From an uncultured Collinsella sp. (GTDB taxonomy: Bacteria; Actinomycetota; Coriobacteriia; Coriobacteriales; Coriobacteriaceae): DNA of 64,000 nt. The position numbers and the translations under genes were made by a program. The stretch spans positions 9,482-73,481 of the forward strand of contig UQLJ01000005.1 of assembly GCA_900541825.1 (NCBI GenBank), written 5' to 3'. How positions within the stretch are numbered: position 1 is the first letter of the stretch; the number at the start of each line of letters is the position of its first letter. Positions 50,715 through 60,718 of this stretch are shown piece after piece. The notes under the pieces were generated by a model that saw only the letters and a list, made by a program, of their open reading frames with translations, did no database searches and was not told where the DNA came from.

Positions 50715-51806
50715 GTGTTTGGATTGTCTTTATCCCATCCTTCGCCTCGCGAGTTGACGTGCCCCGTGCATGTGGGCGGCGTGCAGATCGGTGGCGGCGC
50801 TCCGGTCGTGGTTCAGTCCATGACCTGCACCGATACCGCTGATGCCCAGGCAACGCTTGCGCAAGTGTGCGCGTTGGCGCAGGCTGGCTGCGATATCGTG
50901 CGCGTGAGCGTGCCCACCGAGGCCGCGCTTGAGGGTTTCCGCACCATCTGTGCTGAGTCCCCGGTGCCGATCGTCGCCGATATTCACTTTAACCATAAGC
51001 TCGCCATTGGTGCCGTTGAGGCCGGTGCTGCCAAGCTGCGCATCAATCCCGGCAACATTGGCGATTGGGCCAAGGTCGATGCCGTGATCGATGCCGCGGG
51101 CGCCGCTGGGTGCGTGATTCGTATTGGCGTGAACGCGGGCTCGCTTGAGCAGGATATCGCCGAGCGCGAAGACCTCACGCAGCCCGAAAAGCTCGTGATG
51201 TCGAGCGAGCGCTTCGTCAAGCACTTTGAGGACCGCGGCTTTACGAACATTGTGCTTTCGGCCAAGGCCCATAGCGTGCAAACGACGCTCGATACCTATC
51301 GAGCCCTGTCGCGTGAGATTCCCCACGTTCCGCTTCACCTGGGCGTGACGGAGGCGGGGACCAAGCTCCAGGGCACCATCAAGAGCTCTGTAGGCTTGGG
51401 TATCTTGCTTTCCGAAGGCATTGGCGACACCATGCGTGTGTCGCTCACAGCCGATCCGGTTGAGGAGCCGCCGGTTGCCTGGGGTATTCTGCAGTCGTTG
51501 GGCCTGCGTCGCCGTGGCCCCGAGATTGTCTCGTGCCCCACGTGCGCCCGCTGCCAGGTTAACCTGATTCCCATCGCCGAGGAAGTAACCGAGCGGCTTA
51601 AGAACTACTCCGCGCCGCTTTCGATCGCTGTGATGGGATGTGCCGTTAATGGCCCCGGTGAGGCTTCCGATGCCGACCTGGGCGTTGCTTGCGGACGTGG
51701 TCAGGCCTTGCTCTTTTCGCATGGCCAGATCATTGGTAAAGTAGCTGAGGACCAAATTGTCGACGCGCTTATGGCCGAGGTCGACAAGCTTATTGAGGAG
51801 AAATAA
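50715..51806 (+). CDS. ispG: 4-hydroxy-3-methylbut-2-en-1-yl diphosphate synthase (flavodoxin)
   Basis: VHVGGVQIGGGAPVVVQSMT, VSCPTCARC and GCAVNGPGEA are canonical IspG motifs. Start is GTG 50715 or TTG 50724. The track ORF from 50637 overlaps rseP. Confidence 0.94.
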   Translation: MFGLSLSHPSPRELTCPVHVGGVQIGGGAPVVVQSMTCTDTADAQATLAQVCALAQAGCDIVRVSVPTEAALEGFRTICAESPVPIVADIHFNHKLAIGAVEAGAAKLRINPGNIGDWAKVDAVIDAAGAAGCVIRIGVNAGSLEQDIAEREDLTQPEKLVMSSERFVKHFEDRGFTNIVLSAKAHSVQTTLDTYRALSREIPHVPLHLGVTEAGTKLQGTIKSSVGLGILLSEGIGDTMRVSLTADPVEEPPVAWGILQSLGLRRRGPEIVSCPTCARCQVNLIPIAEEVTERLKNYSAPLSIAVMGCAVNGPGEASDADLGVACGRGQALLFSHGQIIGKVAEDQIVDALMAEVDKLIEEK

Positions 51807-53528
<1,722 letters not shown>

Positions 53529-53557
53529 TCGACGATTTCGCTTGTAGTTCGATATAC

Positions 53558-53608
53558 GGGACGGCCCCGCATTTCTCCAGATCGGGGAGATGCGGGGCCG
53601 TCCTTTTA
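53558..53608 (+). terminator. intrinsic terminator after proS
   Basis: GGACGGCCCCGCAT ... ATGCGGGGCCGTCC, a perfect 14-bp stem, followed by TTTTAT. Confidence 0.85.
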
Positions 53609-53636
53609 TCTTGTGGCATCCTCGATATCTAAAAGG

Positions 53637-53670
53637 AAAACCCCACAGCCCATGCGAGCTGCGGGGTTTT
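53637..53670 (-). terminator. bidirectional-looking terminator serving the minus-strand kinase gene
   Basis: AAAACCCCACAGC ... GCTGCGGGGTTTT stem (one mismatch), flanked by A-run and T-run. On the minus strand the hairpin is followed by TTTTCCTTTT. Confidence 0.7.
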
Positions 53671-53706
53671 CCTTGTGCCTCCGATGCGAAATAAATCGCT
53701 CAGATA

Positions 53707-54471
53707 TTACTGATAATCGACGACGTCGATCCAGTTCTTCAGGAACTCATCGTTCACGTTGCGCTTACGAGCGAGCTCGGAAGCGGCGACGATGCTCGTC
53801 CACTGACGCACGACCTGCATGGGCATGTCGGCGCGGTCGCAGTAGAGCTCCAGGTAGGCCTCAGCCTGATCCTTGCTGTTGAGGGCAAAGAGCAGGTAGG
53901 TGGTGGCAACGTCGGCAGCAGGGGAGCCCTGGGTGGCGTGTGCCCAGTCGCACACATAGAGCTGGCCGTCGTCGCCGACGATGACGTTGGAGGGGTTGAA
54001 GTCGCCGTGGCAGACCTTGAACTCCTTGGTCATGCCGTCCAGACGCTCCTGAAGGTTGTAGCGCGTGGTGGCATTGAGCTGATCAAGGCTGTCGATCATG
54101 CGGGCGTACTTGTCGCGCTGACGGTTTAGCAGCGGGGAGGTGTAGCCGTGGATCTCGATCTGGAGGTCGACGAACATCTCGAGGTACTCACCAAAGCGCT
54201 GGGGCTCGGCAGTCATCTTCTCGGCAAGGGTGGTGCCCGGAACCTTCTCGGTCACGAGCGCCCAGCCGTTGGCGTTCTCGAGCTGGGAAACCTCGAGCGC
54301 CTTGGGGCTGCGGATGCCGCACTCATTGATGCGGGCAAGATTCAAAGCCTCGTTGAACACGTCGGAGACAGGCTTGGTCTCGTTAAAGACCTTGACAATC
54401 TTGTCGCCCAGGTCGTAAACGACCTTGTTGCCACGGCGGACGAGCTCGGTCTTGGAATCGGGTAGCAGCAT
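53707..54471 (-). CDS. phosphotransferase-family (APH / choline-kinase-like) small-molecule kinase
   Basis: 254 aa with the catalytic loop CHGDFNPSNVIV (HxDxxxxN) and the metal-binding motif VCDWAH. AAAGGA RBS. The substrate cannot be assigned from sequence. Confidence 0.8.
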   Translation of the reverse strand: MLLPDSKTELVRRGNKVVYDLGDKIVKVFNETKPVSDVFNEALNLARINECGIRSPKALEVSQLENANGWALVTEKVPGTTLAEKMTAEPQRFGEYLEMFVDLQIEIHGYTSPLLNRQRDKYARMIDSLDQLNATTRYNLQERLDGMTKEFKVCHGDFNPSNVIVGDDGQLYVCDWAHATQGSPAADVATTYLLFALNSKDQAEAYLELYCDRADMPMQVVRQWTSIVAASELARKRNVNDEFLKNWIDVVDYQ

Positions 54472-54503
54472 GGTTGCATCCTTTCAACGATGCGATAGAA
54501 GCG

Positions 54504-54542
54504 ACGGCGGGGGTGTGTGAAACACCCGTGCACCCCCGCCGT
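54504..54542 (-). terminator. strong GC hairpin 18 nt downstream of the adhE stop (U-tract-less terminator or processing/stability element)
   Basis: ACGGCGGGGGTG / CACCCCCGCCGT, a perfect 12-bp stem with a 15-nt loop. The minus strand has no clear U-run after it. Confidence 0.5.
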
Positions 54543-54559
54543 TAAAAACCGTGCTAAAA

Positions 54560-57208
54560 CTAGCAGACGGCGTAATCCTGGGGCTCGCGGCCGTAGTAGG
54601 CGTCCAGGTAGAGCTCCTTGATCTCGCTCATGAGCGGGTAGCGCGGGTTGGCGCCGGTGCACTGGTCGTTGAATGCCTGCTCGGTCATTTCGTCGAGGGT
54701 GTCGAGGAAGTACTGCTCGTCAACACCGTAGTCGGCGATGGTCTTCTTGACGCCGATGAAGTCCTTGAGCTCCTCGAGCTTCGTGATGAAGTTCTCGAAG
54801 ACCTCCTTGTCGTCCTTGCCCTCGATGCCGCAGTACTTGGCCATCTCGGCGTAGTTGTGCAGCGCGTTGGGGTAAGGATACTGGGAGAAGGTACCCATCT
54901 TGACGGGAGCCTCGGCGGCGTTGTAGCGCATGACGCGGGTCAGGATGACGGCGTTGGCGAGGCCGTGGGGCAGGTGATGGAAAGCGCCGAGCTTGTGAGC
55001 CATGGAGTGGTTGAGGCCCAGGAAGGCGTTGGCGAAGGCCATACCGGCCATGCAGGAGGCGTTGTGCATCTCCTCGCGGGCGTGCGGGTCCTTGGCGCCG
55101 TTCGTGAAGCTGGAGGGCAGGTTCTCAAAGACGAGCTTGGCAGCGCGCTCGGAGAGGCCCTTGGTGTAGTCGGAAGCCATGATAGAGACGTAGGACTCGA
55201 TGGCGTGGGTCATGACGTCGATACCGGAGGCAGCGGTCAGGCCGCGCGGGGCGGTCATGCAGTTGTCGGCGTCGACGATAGCCATGTTGGGGAGCAGCGC
55301 GTAGTCGGCGAGCGGCCACTTGATGCCGGTCTCCTTGTCGGTGATGATGGCGAACGGCGTGCACTCGGAGCCGGTACCCGAGGAGGTCGGGACGGCGACG
55401 AAGTAGGCCTTCTTGCCCATCTCGGGGAAGGTGAAGATACGCTTGCGGATGTCCATGAAGTCCATGGCCATGTCCTCAAACTTGCACTCGGGGTGCTCGT
55501 ACATCATCCACATGATCTTGCCGGCGTCCATAGCGGAGCCACCGCCGACGGCGATGATGACGTCCGGCTCAAAGAGAGCCATCTGCTTGGCGCCGCGACG
55601 TGCGCACTGCAGCGACGGATCGGGCTCGACGTCGTAGAAGCAGTCGTGGGCGATGCCCATCTCGTCGAGCTTGGCCTCGATGGCGCGGGTGTTGCCATTC
55701 TTGAAGAGGAACTGGTCGGTAACGATGAAGGCGCGCTTCTTGCCCATGACGTTGCCCAGCTCGTCGAGGGCGACGGGCGTGGAACCCTTCTTGAAGTAGA
55801 CCTTCTCGGGAGCGCGGAACCACAGCATGTTCTCACGGCGCTCGGCCACAGTCTTAACGTTGATCAAGTGCTTCACCCCAACGTTCTCGGAGACGGAGTT
55901 GCCGCCCCAGGAGCCGCAGCCCAGGGTCAGAGACGGCTTCATGCCAAAGTTGTACAGGTCACCGATGCCACCGTGCGAGGACGGGGTGTTGATGACGATG
56001 CGGCAGGCCTTCATGACGTGCTCGAACAGGCTGATCTTCTCGGCCTGGGCGGGGTGCACGTACAGAGAGGCGGTGTGGCCCGGGCCACCGGCGAGCACCA
56101 GGTGCTCGGCCTTGTCGACGGCCTCCTGGAAGTCCTTGGCGTGGTACATGGCCAGGACCGGGGAGAGCTTCTCGTGGGAGAACTCCTCCTTGGCGGGGTC
56201 GGTGGAGGTGACCTCGGCGATCAGGATCTTAGTCTTGGCGGGAACCTCGATGCCGGCGAGCTCGGCGATCTTGGCGGCAGCCATGCCGGGGATGCGGTGA
56301 TCGAGGGCGCCGTTCTTGAACATGGCGGCACGCAGGGCCTCCATCTCGGCACCCTGCTTGACGAAGTAGCAGCCGCGCTTCTGGAACTCGGCCTTGACCT
56401 GGTCGTAGATGGTGTCGATGACGGTCACGGACTGCTCGGAAGCGCAGATCATGCCGTTGTCGAAGGTCTTGGAGTGGATGATGGAGTTGACTGCGAGCAG
56501 AACGTCGGCGGTGTCGTCGATGACGACCGGGGTGTTACCGGCGCCAACGCCCAGGGCGGGCTTGCCCGAGGAGTAGGCGGCCTTGACCATGCCCGGGCCA
56601 CCGGTGGCGAGGATGATGTCGACGTCGCGCATGACCATGTTGGTCAGCTCGATGGAGGGGACATCGACCCAGCCGATGATGCCCTCGGGGGCACCAGCCT
56701 TGACGGCGGCGTCAAGCACGAGCTTGGCGGCGGCGATGGTGCACTTGGCGGCAGCCGGGTGCGGGGAGATGATGATGGCGTTGCGGGTCTTCAGGCTGAT
56801 CAGCGTCTTGAAGATTGCGGTGGAGGTGGGGTTGGTCGTCGGGATGACGGCGCCCACGATGCCGATGGGCTCGGCGATCTTGGTGATGCCGTAAGCCTCG
56901 TCGCGCTCCAGGACACCACAGGTCTTGGTGTTCTTGTAAGCGTTGTAGATGTACTCTGCGGCGTAGTGGTTCTTGATGACCTTGTCCTCAAGAACGCCGC
57001 GGCCGGTCTCCTCGATGGCCATTTTCGCCAACGGGATACGAGCCTTGTTGGCGGCCATGGCGGCCTCATAGAAGATCTTGTCGACCTGCTCCTGCGTGTA
57101 CGTAGCAAAAAGCGCCTGGGCCTCTCGCATCTGAGCGAGCTTAGCCTCAAGCGCCTCTACGTTGTCCACAATTGCGGGAGTAGTGTTTTCCGGTGACTTT
57201 TTCACCAT
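54560..57208 (-). CDS. adhE: bifunctional acetaldehyde-CoA / alcohol dehydrogenase
   Basis: 882 aa with an N-terminal aldehyde dehydrogenase half, a C-terminal iron-type ADH half (GGGSAMDAGK, His-rich metal site) and AdhE length. AAGGAG RBS. Confidence 0.96.
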   Translation of the reverse strand: MVKKSPENTTPAIVDNVEALEAKLAQMREAQALFATYTQEQVDKIFYEAAMAANKARIPLAKMAIEETGRGVLEDKVIKNHYAAEYIYNAYKNTKTCGVLERDEAYGITKIAEPIGIVGAVIPTTNPTSTAIFKTLISLKTRNAIIISPHPAAAKCTIAAAKLVLDAAVKAGAPEGIIGWVDVPSIELTNMVMRDVDIILATGGPGMVKAAYSSGKPALGVGAGNTPVVIDDTADVLLAVNSIIHSKTFDNGMICASEQSVTVIDTIYDQVKAEFQKRGCYFVKQGAEMEALRAAMFKNGALDHRIPGMAAAKIAELAGIEVPAKTKILIAEVTSTDPAKEEFSHEKLSPVLAMYHAKDFQEAVDKAEHLVLAGGPGHTASLYVHPAQAEKISLFEHVMKACRIVINTPSSHGGIGDLYNFGMKPSLTLGCGSWGGNSVSENVGVKHLINVKTVAERRENMLWFRAPEKVYFKKGSTPVALDELGNVMGKKRAFIVTDQFLFKNGNTRAIEAKLDEMGIAHDCFYDVEPDPSLQCARRGAKQMALFEPDVIIAVGGGSAMDAGKIMWMMYEHPECKFEDMAMDFMDIRKRIFTFPEMGKKAYFVAVPTSSGTGSECTPFAIITDKETGIKWPLADYALLPNMAIVDADNCMTAPRGLTAASGIDVMTHAIESYVSIMASDYTKGLSERAAKLVFENLPSSFTNGAKDPHAREEMHNASCMAGMAFANAFLGLNHSMAHKLGAFHHLPHGLANAVILTRVMRYNAAEAPVKMGTFSQYPYPNALHNYAEMAKYCGIEGKDDKEVFENFITKLEELKDFIGVKKTIADYGVDEQYFLDTLDEMTEQAFNDQCTGANPRYPLMSEIKELYLDAYYGREPQDYAVC

Positions 57209-57361
57209 TTGTGTCTCCTTGCGATCGGAGATTTACCCTACGCCTTGCATGATAGCAAGAAATTATTCGGCGAACGGTAAGATTCCTGTAAAAGGCACAC
57301 TAAAACGCTTCAATAAACTGAAACGCTTTAAATATAACTATCTGCCTGCTGCATCGCCCCG

Positions 57362-57410
57362 CTCATTGGGGACAGACTTACATGAGTGCTTTCACTCATT
57401 GGGGACAGAC
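57362..57410 (+). repeat. left repeat array (1.5 units of the 33-nt repeat)
   Basis: CTCATTGGGGACAGACTTACATGAGTGCTTTC + ACTCATTGGGGACAGAC. The junction forms the hairpin ATGAGTG-CTTT-CACTCAT. Confidence 0.85.
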
Positions 57411-57435
57411 ATCGATTTGCCATTTTGCCGTTCTT

Positions 57436-57471
57436 GACCTATTTTTGCCGCTCATTGGATATAAATAGGTC
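57436..57471 (+). promoter_or_regulatory. perfect 9-bp inverted repeat overlapping a TTGACC -35-like box upstream of the transposase-like gene
   Basis: GACCTATTT (57436-57444) and AAATAGGTC (57463-57471). The 18-nt loop contains CCGCTCATTGG, a third partial copy of the repeat core. TTGACC lies at 57434-57439. Confidence 0.5.
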
Positions 57472-57541
57472 ACAGGCTCAGCATTTCGCGTTCCTTCTCT
57501 CCTTTTAGGTGTTGCCTGTTCAGTTTTTGAAAGGAGAGATT

Positions 57542-58318
57542 ATGCCCCGATGCGCCCGCGCCGTTTCGCTCACCGGCTATTACCACGTCTTTGACCGTGG
57601 TAACTCTAAACAGATTATTTTTGAAGATGACTCCGACCGCTATCGTTTCCTATCGGATATCTCGGACAGGTTTGCGCGCCATGAAGTGGCGGTTTTGGCT
57701 TGGTGCCTTATGGACAACCACTTTCATTTGATGGTTGATGATCCGTTCGACAATCTTTCAAAGGCGATGCAGTGCGCATTGACGGCATATGCTAAGTATT
57801 TCAATGGGAAAACGGGGAGAACGGGGCATCTCTTTGATAATCGCTATTCGCGGGTCGCTGTTGAGTCGGACACGCAAGCGGTGCAACTGCTCGACTATAT
57901 CCATCTCAATCCCGTGAAAGGTGCGCTCGACTCACTCGAGGCGTACCGCTGGTCAAGCTACAAGGCATATGAGCTGGGCTATGATCCCTTTGACATCTGT
58001 GATGCGGCCCCTATGCTCGATATTGTCGGAGGCTCCCGTTGCTATTGCGAGCATCTCAAGGAAGTTGCCGAGCGCATCTGGTCAGTGGAGGTTCTTCCAC
58101 GCCGGCGGATCCCCGATGAGGAGGTCCTTTCCATTGCGCGCGAAGTGCTTCCGAGCATAGATCCTGCGATGCTCAAGCCCCTGCCACGCCCCGATCGCGA
58201 TGCCTGTCTGCTGAGGCTCAGGCGGGCGCATCTCACGGTCAAGCAAATTGCCCGTATCACCGGCATCGGCGCCACAAGCGTAACCAAGGCCACCGCGGGC
58301 TGGAACGAGGCGGCGTGA
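57542..58318 (+). CDS. REP-associated tyrosine transposase-like protein (HUH / Y1 IS200-like fold) with C-terminal helix-turn-helix domain
   Basis: YHVFDRGN, the HUH motif in LMDNHFHLMV, and the Tyr motif LLDYIHLNPVKG. The C-terminal LTVKQIARITGIGATSVTKA is HTH-like and resembles the DnaA C-terminal domain. AAAGGAGAG RBS before ATG 57542. Confidence 0.75.
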   Translation: MPRCARAVSLTGYYHVFDRGNSKQIIFEDDSDRYRFLSDISDRFARHEVAVLAWCLMDNHFHLMVDDPFDNLSKAMQCALTAYAKYFNGKTGRTGHLFDNRYSRVAVESDTQAVQLLDYIHLNPVKGALDSLEAYRWSSYKAYELGYDPFDICDAAPMLDIVGGSRCYCEHLKEVAERIWSVEVLPRRRIPDEEVLSIAREVLPSIDPAMLKPLPRPDRDACLLRLRRAHLTVKQIARITGIGATSVTKATAGWNEAA

Positions 58319-58375
58319 GGTACGTACTGGTGGCGATCGAAGCGCCGTGAGTTCGTCGATGCACTGTGAGCTTTG

Positions 58376-58442
58376 GAAAGCACTCATCTAAGTCTGTCCC
58401 CAATGCGTGAAAGCACTCATGTAAGCCTGTCCCCAATGAGTG
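58376..58442 (-). repeat. right repeat array (2 units, inverted relative to the left array)
   Basis: The reverse complement reads CACTCATTGGGGACAGGCTTACATGAGTGCTTTC + ACGCATTGGGGACAGACTTAGATGAGTGCTTTC. Confidence 0.85.
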
Positions 58443-58443
58443 C

Positions 58444-58476
58444 AAAAAGGCGCCCTCCGTAGGGGAGGGCGCCTTT
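58444..58476 (-). terminator. intrinsic terminator of rpmB
   Basis: GGCGCCCTCC / GGAGGGCGCC, a perfect 10-bp stem. On the minus strand it is followed by TTTTT. Confidence 0.85.
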
Positions 58477-58544
58477 GGTAAGTTCTATGTGAACGCGAGG
58501 TCTTTGACCCGGAGAGTCCGAGGTACTTGTTGGTAAGACCTTAT

Positions 58545-58733
58545 TTAGGAGCGCGCAACCTTGCCGGACTTGAGGCAGGTGGAGCAAACGTTCATCTTGC
58601 GACGGTGACCATCGACGACGACGTAGACGCGCTGGATGTTGGGGCGGAACTTACGGTTGGTGACGCGGTGAGAGTGGCTGATGGAGCGACCGGCAACGGG
58701 GTGCTTACCGCAAACTTCGCAAACTTTGGACAT
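58545..58733 (-). CDS. rpmB: 50S ribosomal protein L28
   Basis: MSKVCEVCGKHPVAGRSISHSHRVTNRKFRPNIQRV is canonical L28. The track ORF extends 48 nt upstream. Confidence 0.95.
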   Translation of the reverse strand: MSKVCEVCGKHPVAGRSISHSHRVTNRKFRPNIQRVYVVVDGHRRKMNVCSTCLKSGKVARS

Positions 58734-59075
58734 AACTGACCCTCCTTGGGCGACAAACGAACATGTCGCGTTAACAAACAAGCCTGAACTATAGCACAGA
58801 AGTCGCTCCCTGTGCGCAATCTACACAGAGATATTCCTCTTTTGGCGATAGTGCCCACGCTACGGCCCTGGACGTAGATCCGATTTGCGTGCAGCAGAGG
58901 GGATTATGCCAGCTCGTGCGTGCGTTTTCAAGCTCGTCCCACAAATATATATAGGTTTATGGAGCATTGGGCTCCGTTTACGGATTGCTCTGTATTTACG
59001 CTCGCAATTAAGCTCGAGGTTGGCTACACTATCCCTTGACCATTAAAGGGGTACGAGATACCCACATGGAATTAC

Positions 59076-59145
59076 ATAGCTGCCAAAGAGCAGCCTTTCC
59101 TGTGGGTGTCTGGTCCGCTTTAAGCGGTCGGGCATCTATTTTTTT
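59076..59145 (+). promoter_or_regulatory. candidate PyrR-responsive attenuator in the pyr leader
   Basis: Local hairpin GCTGC-CAAAGA-GCAGC (59079-59094), in which CCAAAGAG resembles the PyrR box core CCAGAGAG. A distal pairing ATAGCTGCC (59076-59084) / GGCATCTAT (59131-59139) is directly followed by TTTTTTT (59139-59145). Confidence 0.35.
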
Positions 59146-59172
59146 GACTGTGTCAGCAGTCAAGACATGTGA

Positions 59173-59769
<597 letters not shown>

Positions 59770-59773
59770 TACC

Positions 59774-60718
59774 GTGGCGTTCAACCATAAGCACCTGATC
59801 GACATTACCGAGTACTCCGAAGAGGACATCAAGCTCATCCTCGAGACCGCCAAGGCGTTCTCCGAGGTCAACGAGCGGGCGATCAAGAAGGTCCCCACGC
59901 TCAAGGGCAAGACCATCGTCAACATGTTCAACGAGCCCTCGACGCGCACCCGCAGCTCCTTCGAGCTCGCCGAGAAGCGTCTTTCGGCCGATAGCCTTAA
60001 CTTTGGCGGCTCCTCGACCTCCACGGTCAAGGGTGAGAGCCTCGTCGACACCGTCGAGACCCTCAACGCCTACAAGATCGACTGCATCGTCGTGCGCGAT
60101 AAGCACGCCGGTGCTCCCTACATCGTCACGCAGAACTCGCCCGCGAGCGTCATCTGCGCCGGCGACGGCAAGCACAACCATCCCACGCAGGCCCTTCTCG
60201 ACCTGTACACCATCTGGGAGCACAAGGGTGACTTCCACGGTCTGAAGGTCGCTGTCGTCGGCGATATCGCGCACTCCCGCGTCTGCGGCTCGCTGATCCC
60301 CGCCCTTAAGATCATGGGCTGCGAGACCTACGCCGTCGCCCCCGGCACGCTGCTGCCGCCGGCGCCCGAGGTTCTGGGCTGCGACCACGTGACGAGCGAC
60401 CTCGATTCCGTCCTGCCCGAGCTGGACGTCGTCTACATGCTGCGCGTGCAGCAGGAGCGCCTCGAGGGTGCCCCGTTCCCGACCATTCGCGAGTACCACA
60501 GGCTCTTCGGCCTGACCAAGGACCGCGAGAAGCTCATGAAGCCCGATGCGATCATCTGCCACCCGGGTCCCATCAACCGCGGCGTCGAGTTCGACTCCTA
60601 TATGGCCGACCACCCGCAACGCTCCGTCATCCTGGAGCAGGTCTACGCCGGTATCTGCGTGCGTATGGCTATCCTGTATCTGCTGCTTGGAGGTGCCGAT
60701 AATGGCCTTGCTTCTTAA
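59774..60718 (+). CDS. pyrB: aspartate carbamoyltransferase catalytic subunit
   Basis: Contains EPSTRTRSSFE and HPTQALLD. The track ORF starts at GTG 59762, overlapping the pyrR stop. GTG 59774 gives (M)AFNHKHLIDI, which fits PyrB N-termini better. Confidence 0.94.
   Translation: MAFNHKHLIDITEYSEEDIKLILETAKAFSEVNERAIKKVPTLKGKTIVNMFNEPSTRTRSSFELAEKRLSADSLNFGGSSTSTVKGESLVDTVETLNAYKIDCIVVRDKHAGAPYIVTQNSPASVICAGDGKHNHPTQALLDLYTIWEHKGDFHGLKVAVVGDIAHSRVCGSLIPALKIMGCETYAVAPGTLLPPAPEVLGCDHVTSDLDSVLPELDVVYMLRVQQERLEGAPFPTIREYHRLFGLTKDREKLMKPDAIICHPGPINRGVEFDSYMADHPQRSVILEQVYAGICVRMAILYLLLGGADNGLAS

Larger units (their letters stand above)
57362..58442 (+). mobile_element. REPtron-like module: HUH/Y1 transposase-like gene bracketed by inverted arrays of a 33-nt hairpin-forming repeat
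   Basis: The repeat arrays at 57362-57410 and 58376-58442 are reverse complements of each other and flank the ORF at 57542-58318. The ORF visibly uses more A/T-ending codons than its neighbours. Confidence 0.6.

Noticed and set aside
53707-54471. Considered calling the APH-family gene an aminoglycoside resistance determinant.
   Set aside because: The HxDxxxxN/DW kinase fold is shared by choline, ethanolamine, homoserine, fructosamine and antibiotic kinases. No resistance-specific features or mobile context are visible, so only the family-level call is justified.
54551-57196. 881-aa ORF on the plus strand, almost exactly co-extensive with adhE on the minus strand.
   Set aside because: It is in the codon-aligned antisense frame of adhE (both triplet phases equal 2 mod 3). 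Stops can therefore arise only where adhE uses TTA, CTA or TCA, which a GC-rich, highly expressed gene avoids. The product is low-complexity (G/V/D/L/A/H-rich) with no RBS or recognisable domain, while the sense strand encodes an unmistakable AdhE. It is a shadow ORF.
57280-57335. Imperfect palindrome and direct repeat AAACGCTT...TGAAACGCTTT upstream of adhE, considered as a Rex, CRP/FNR or cre operator.
   Set aside because: It matches none of the Rex (TTGTGAA-N4-6-TTCACAA), CRP/FNR (TGTGA-N6-TCACA) or cre (TGWAANCGNTNWCA) consensus sequences when aligned position by position.
57362-58442. Considered whether the short direct repeats could be a mini CRISPR array.
   Set aside because: The units are contiguous with no spacers. 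They occur as inverted arrays on both sides of an HUH transposase-like gene, and no cas genes are present. The REP-like interpretation fits better.
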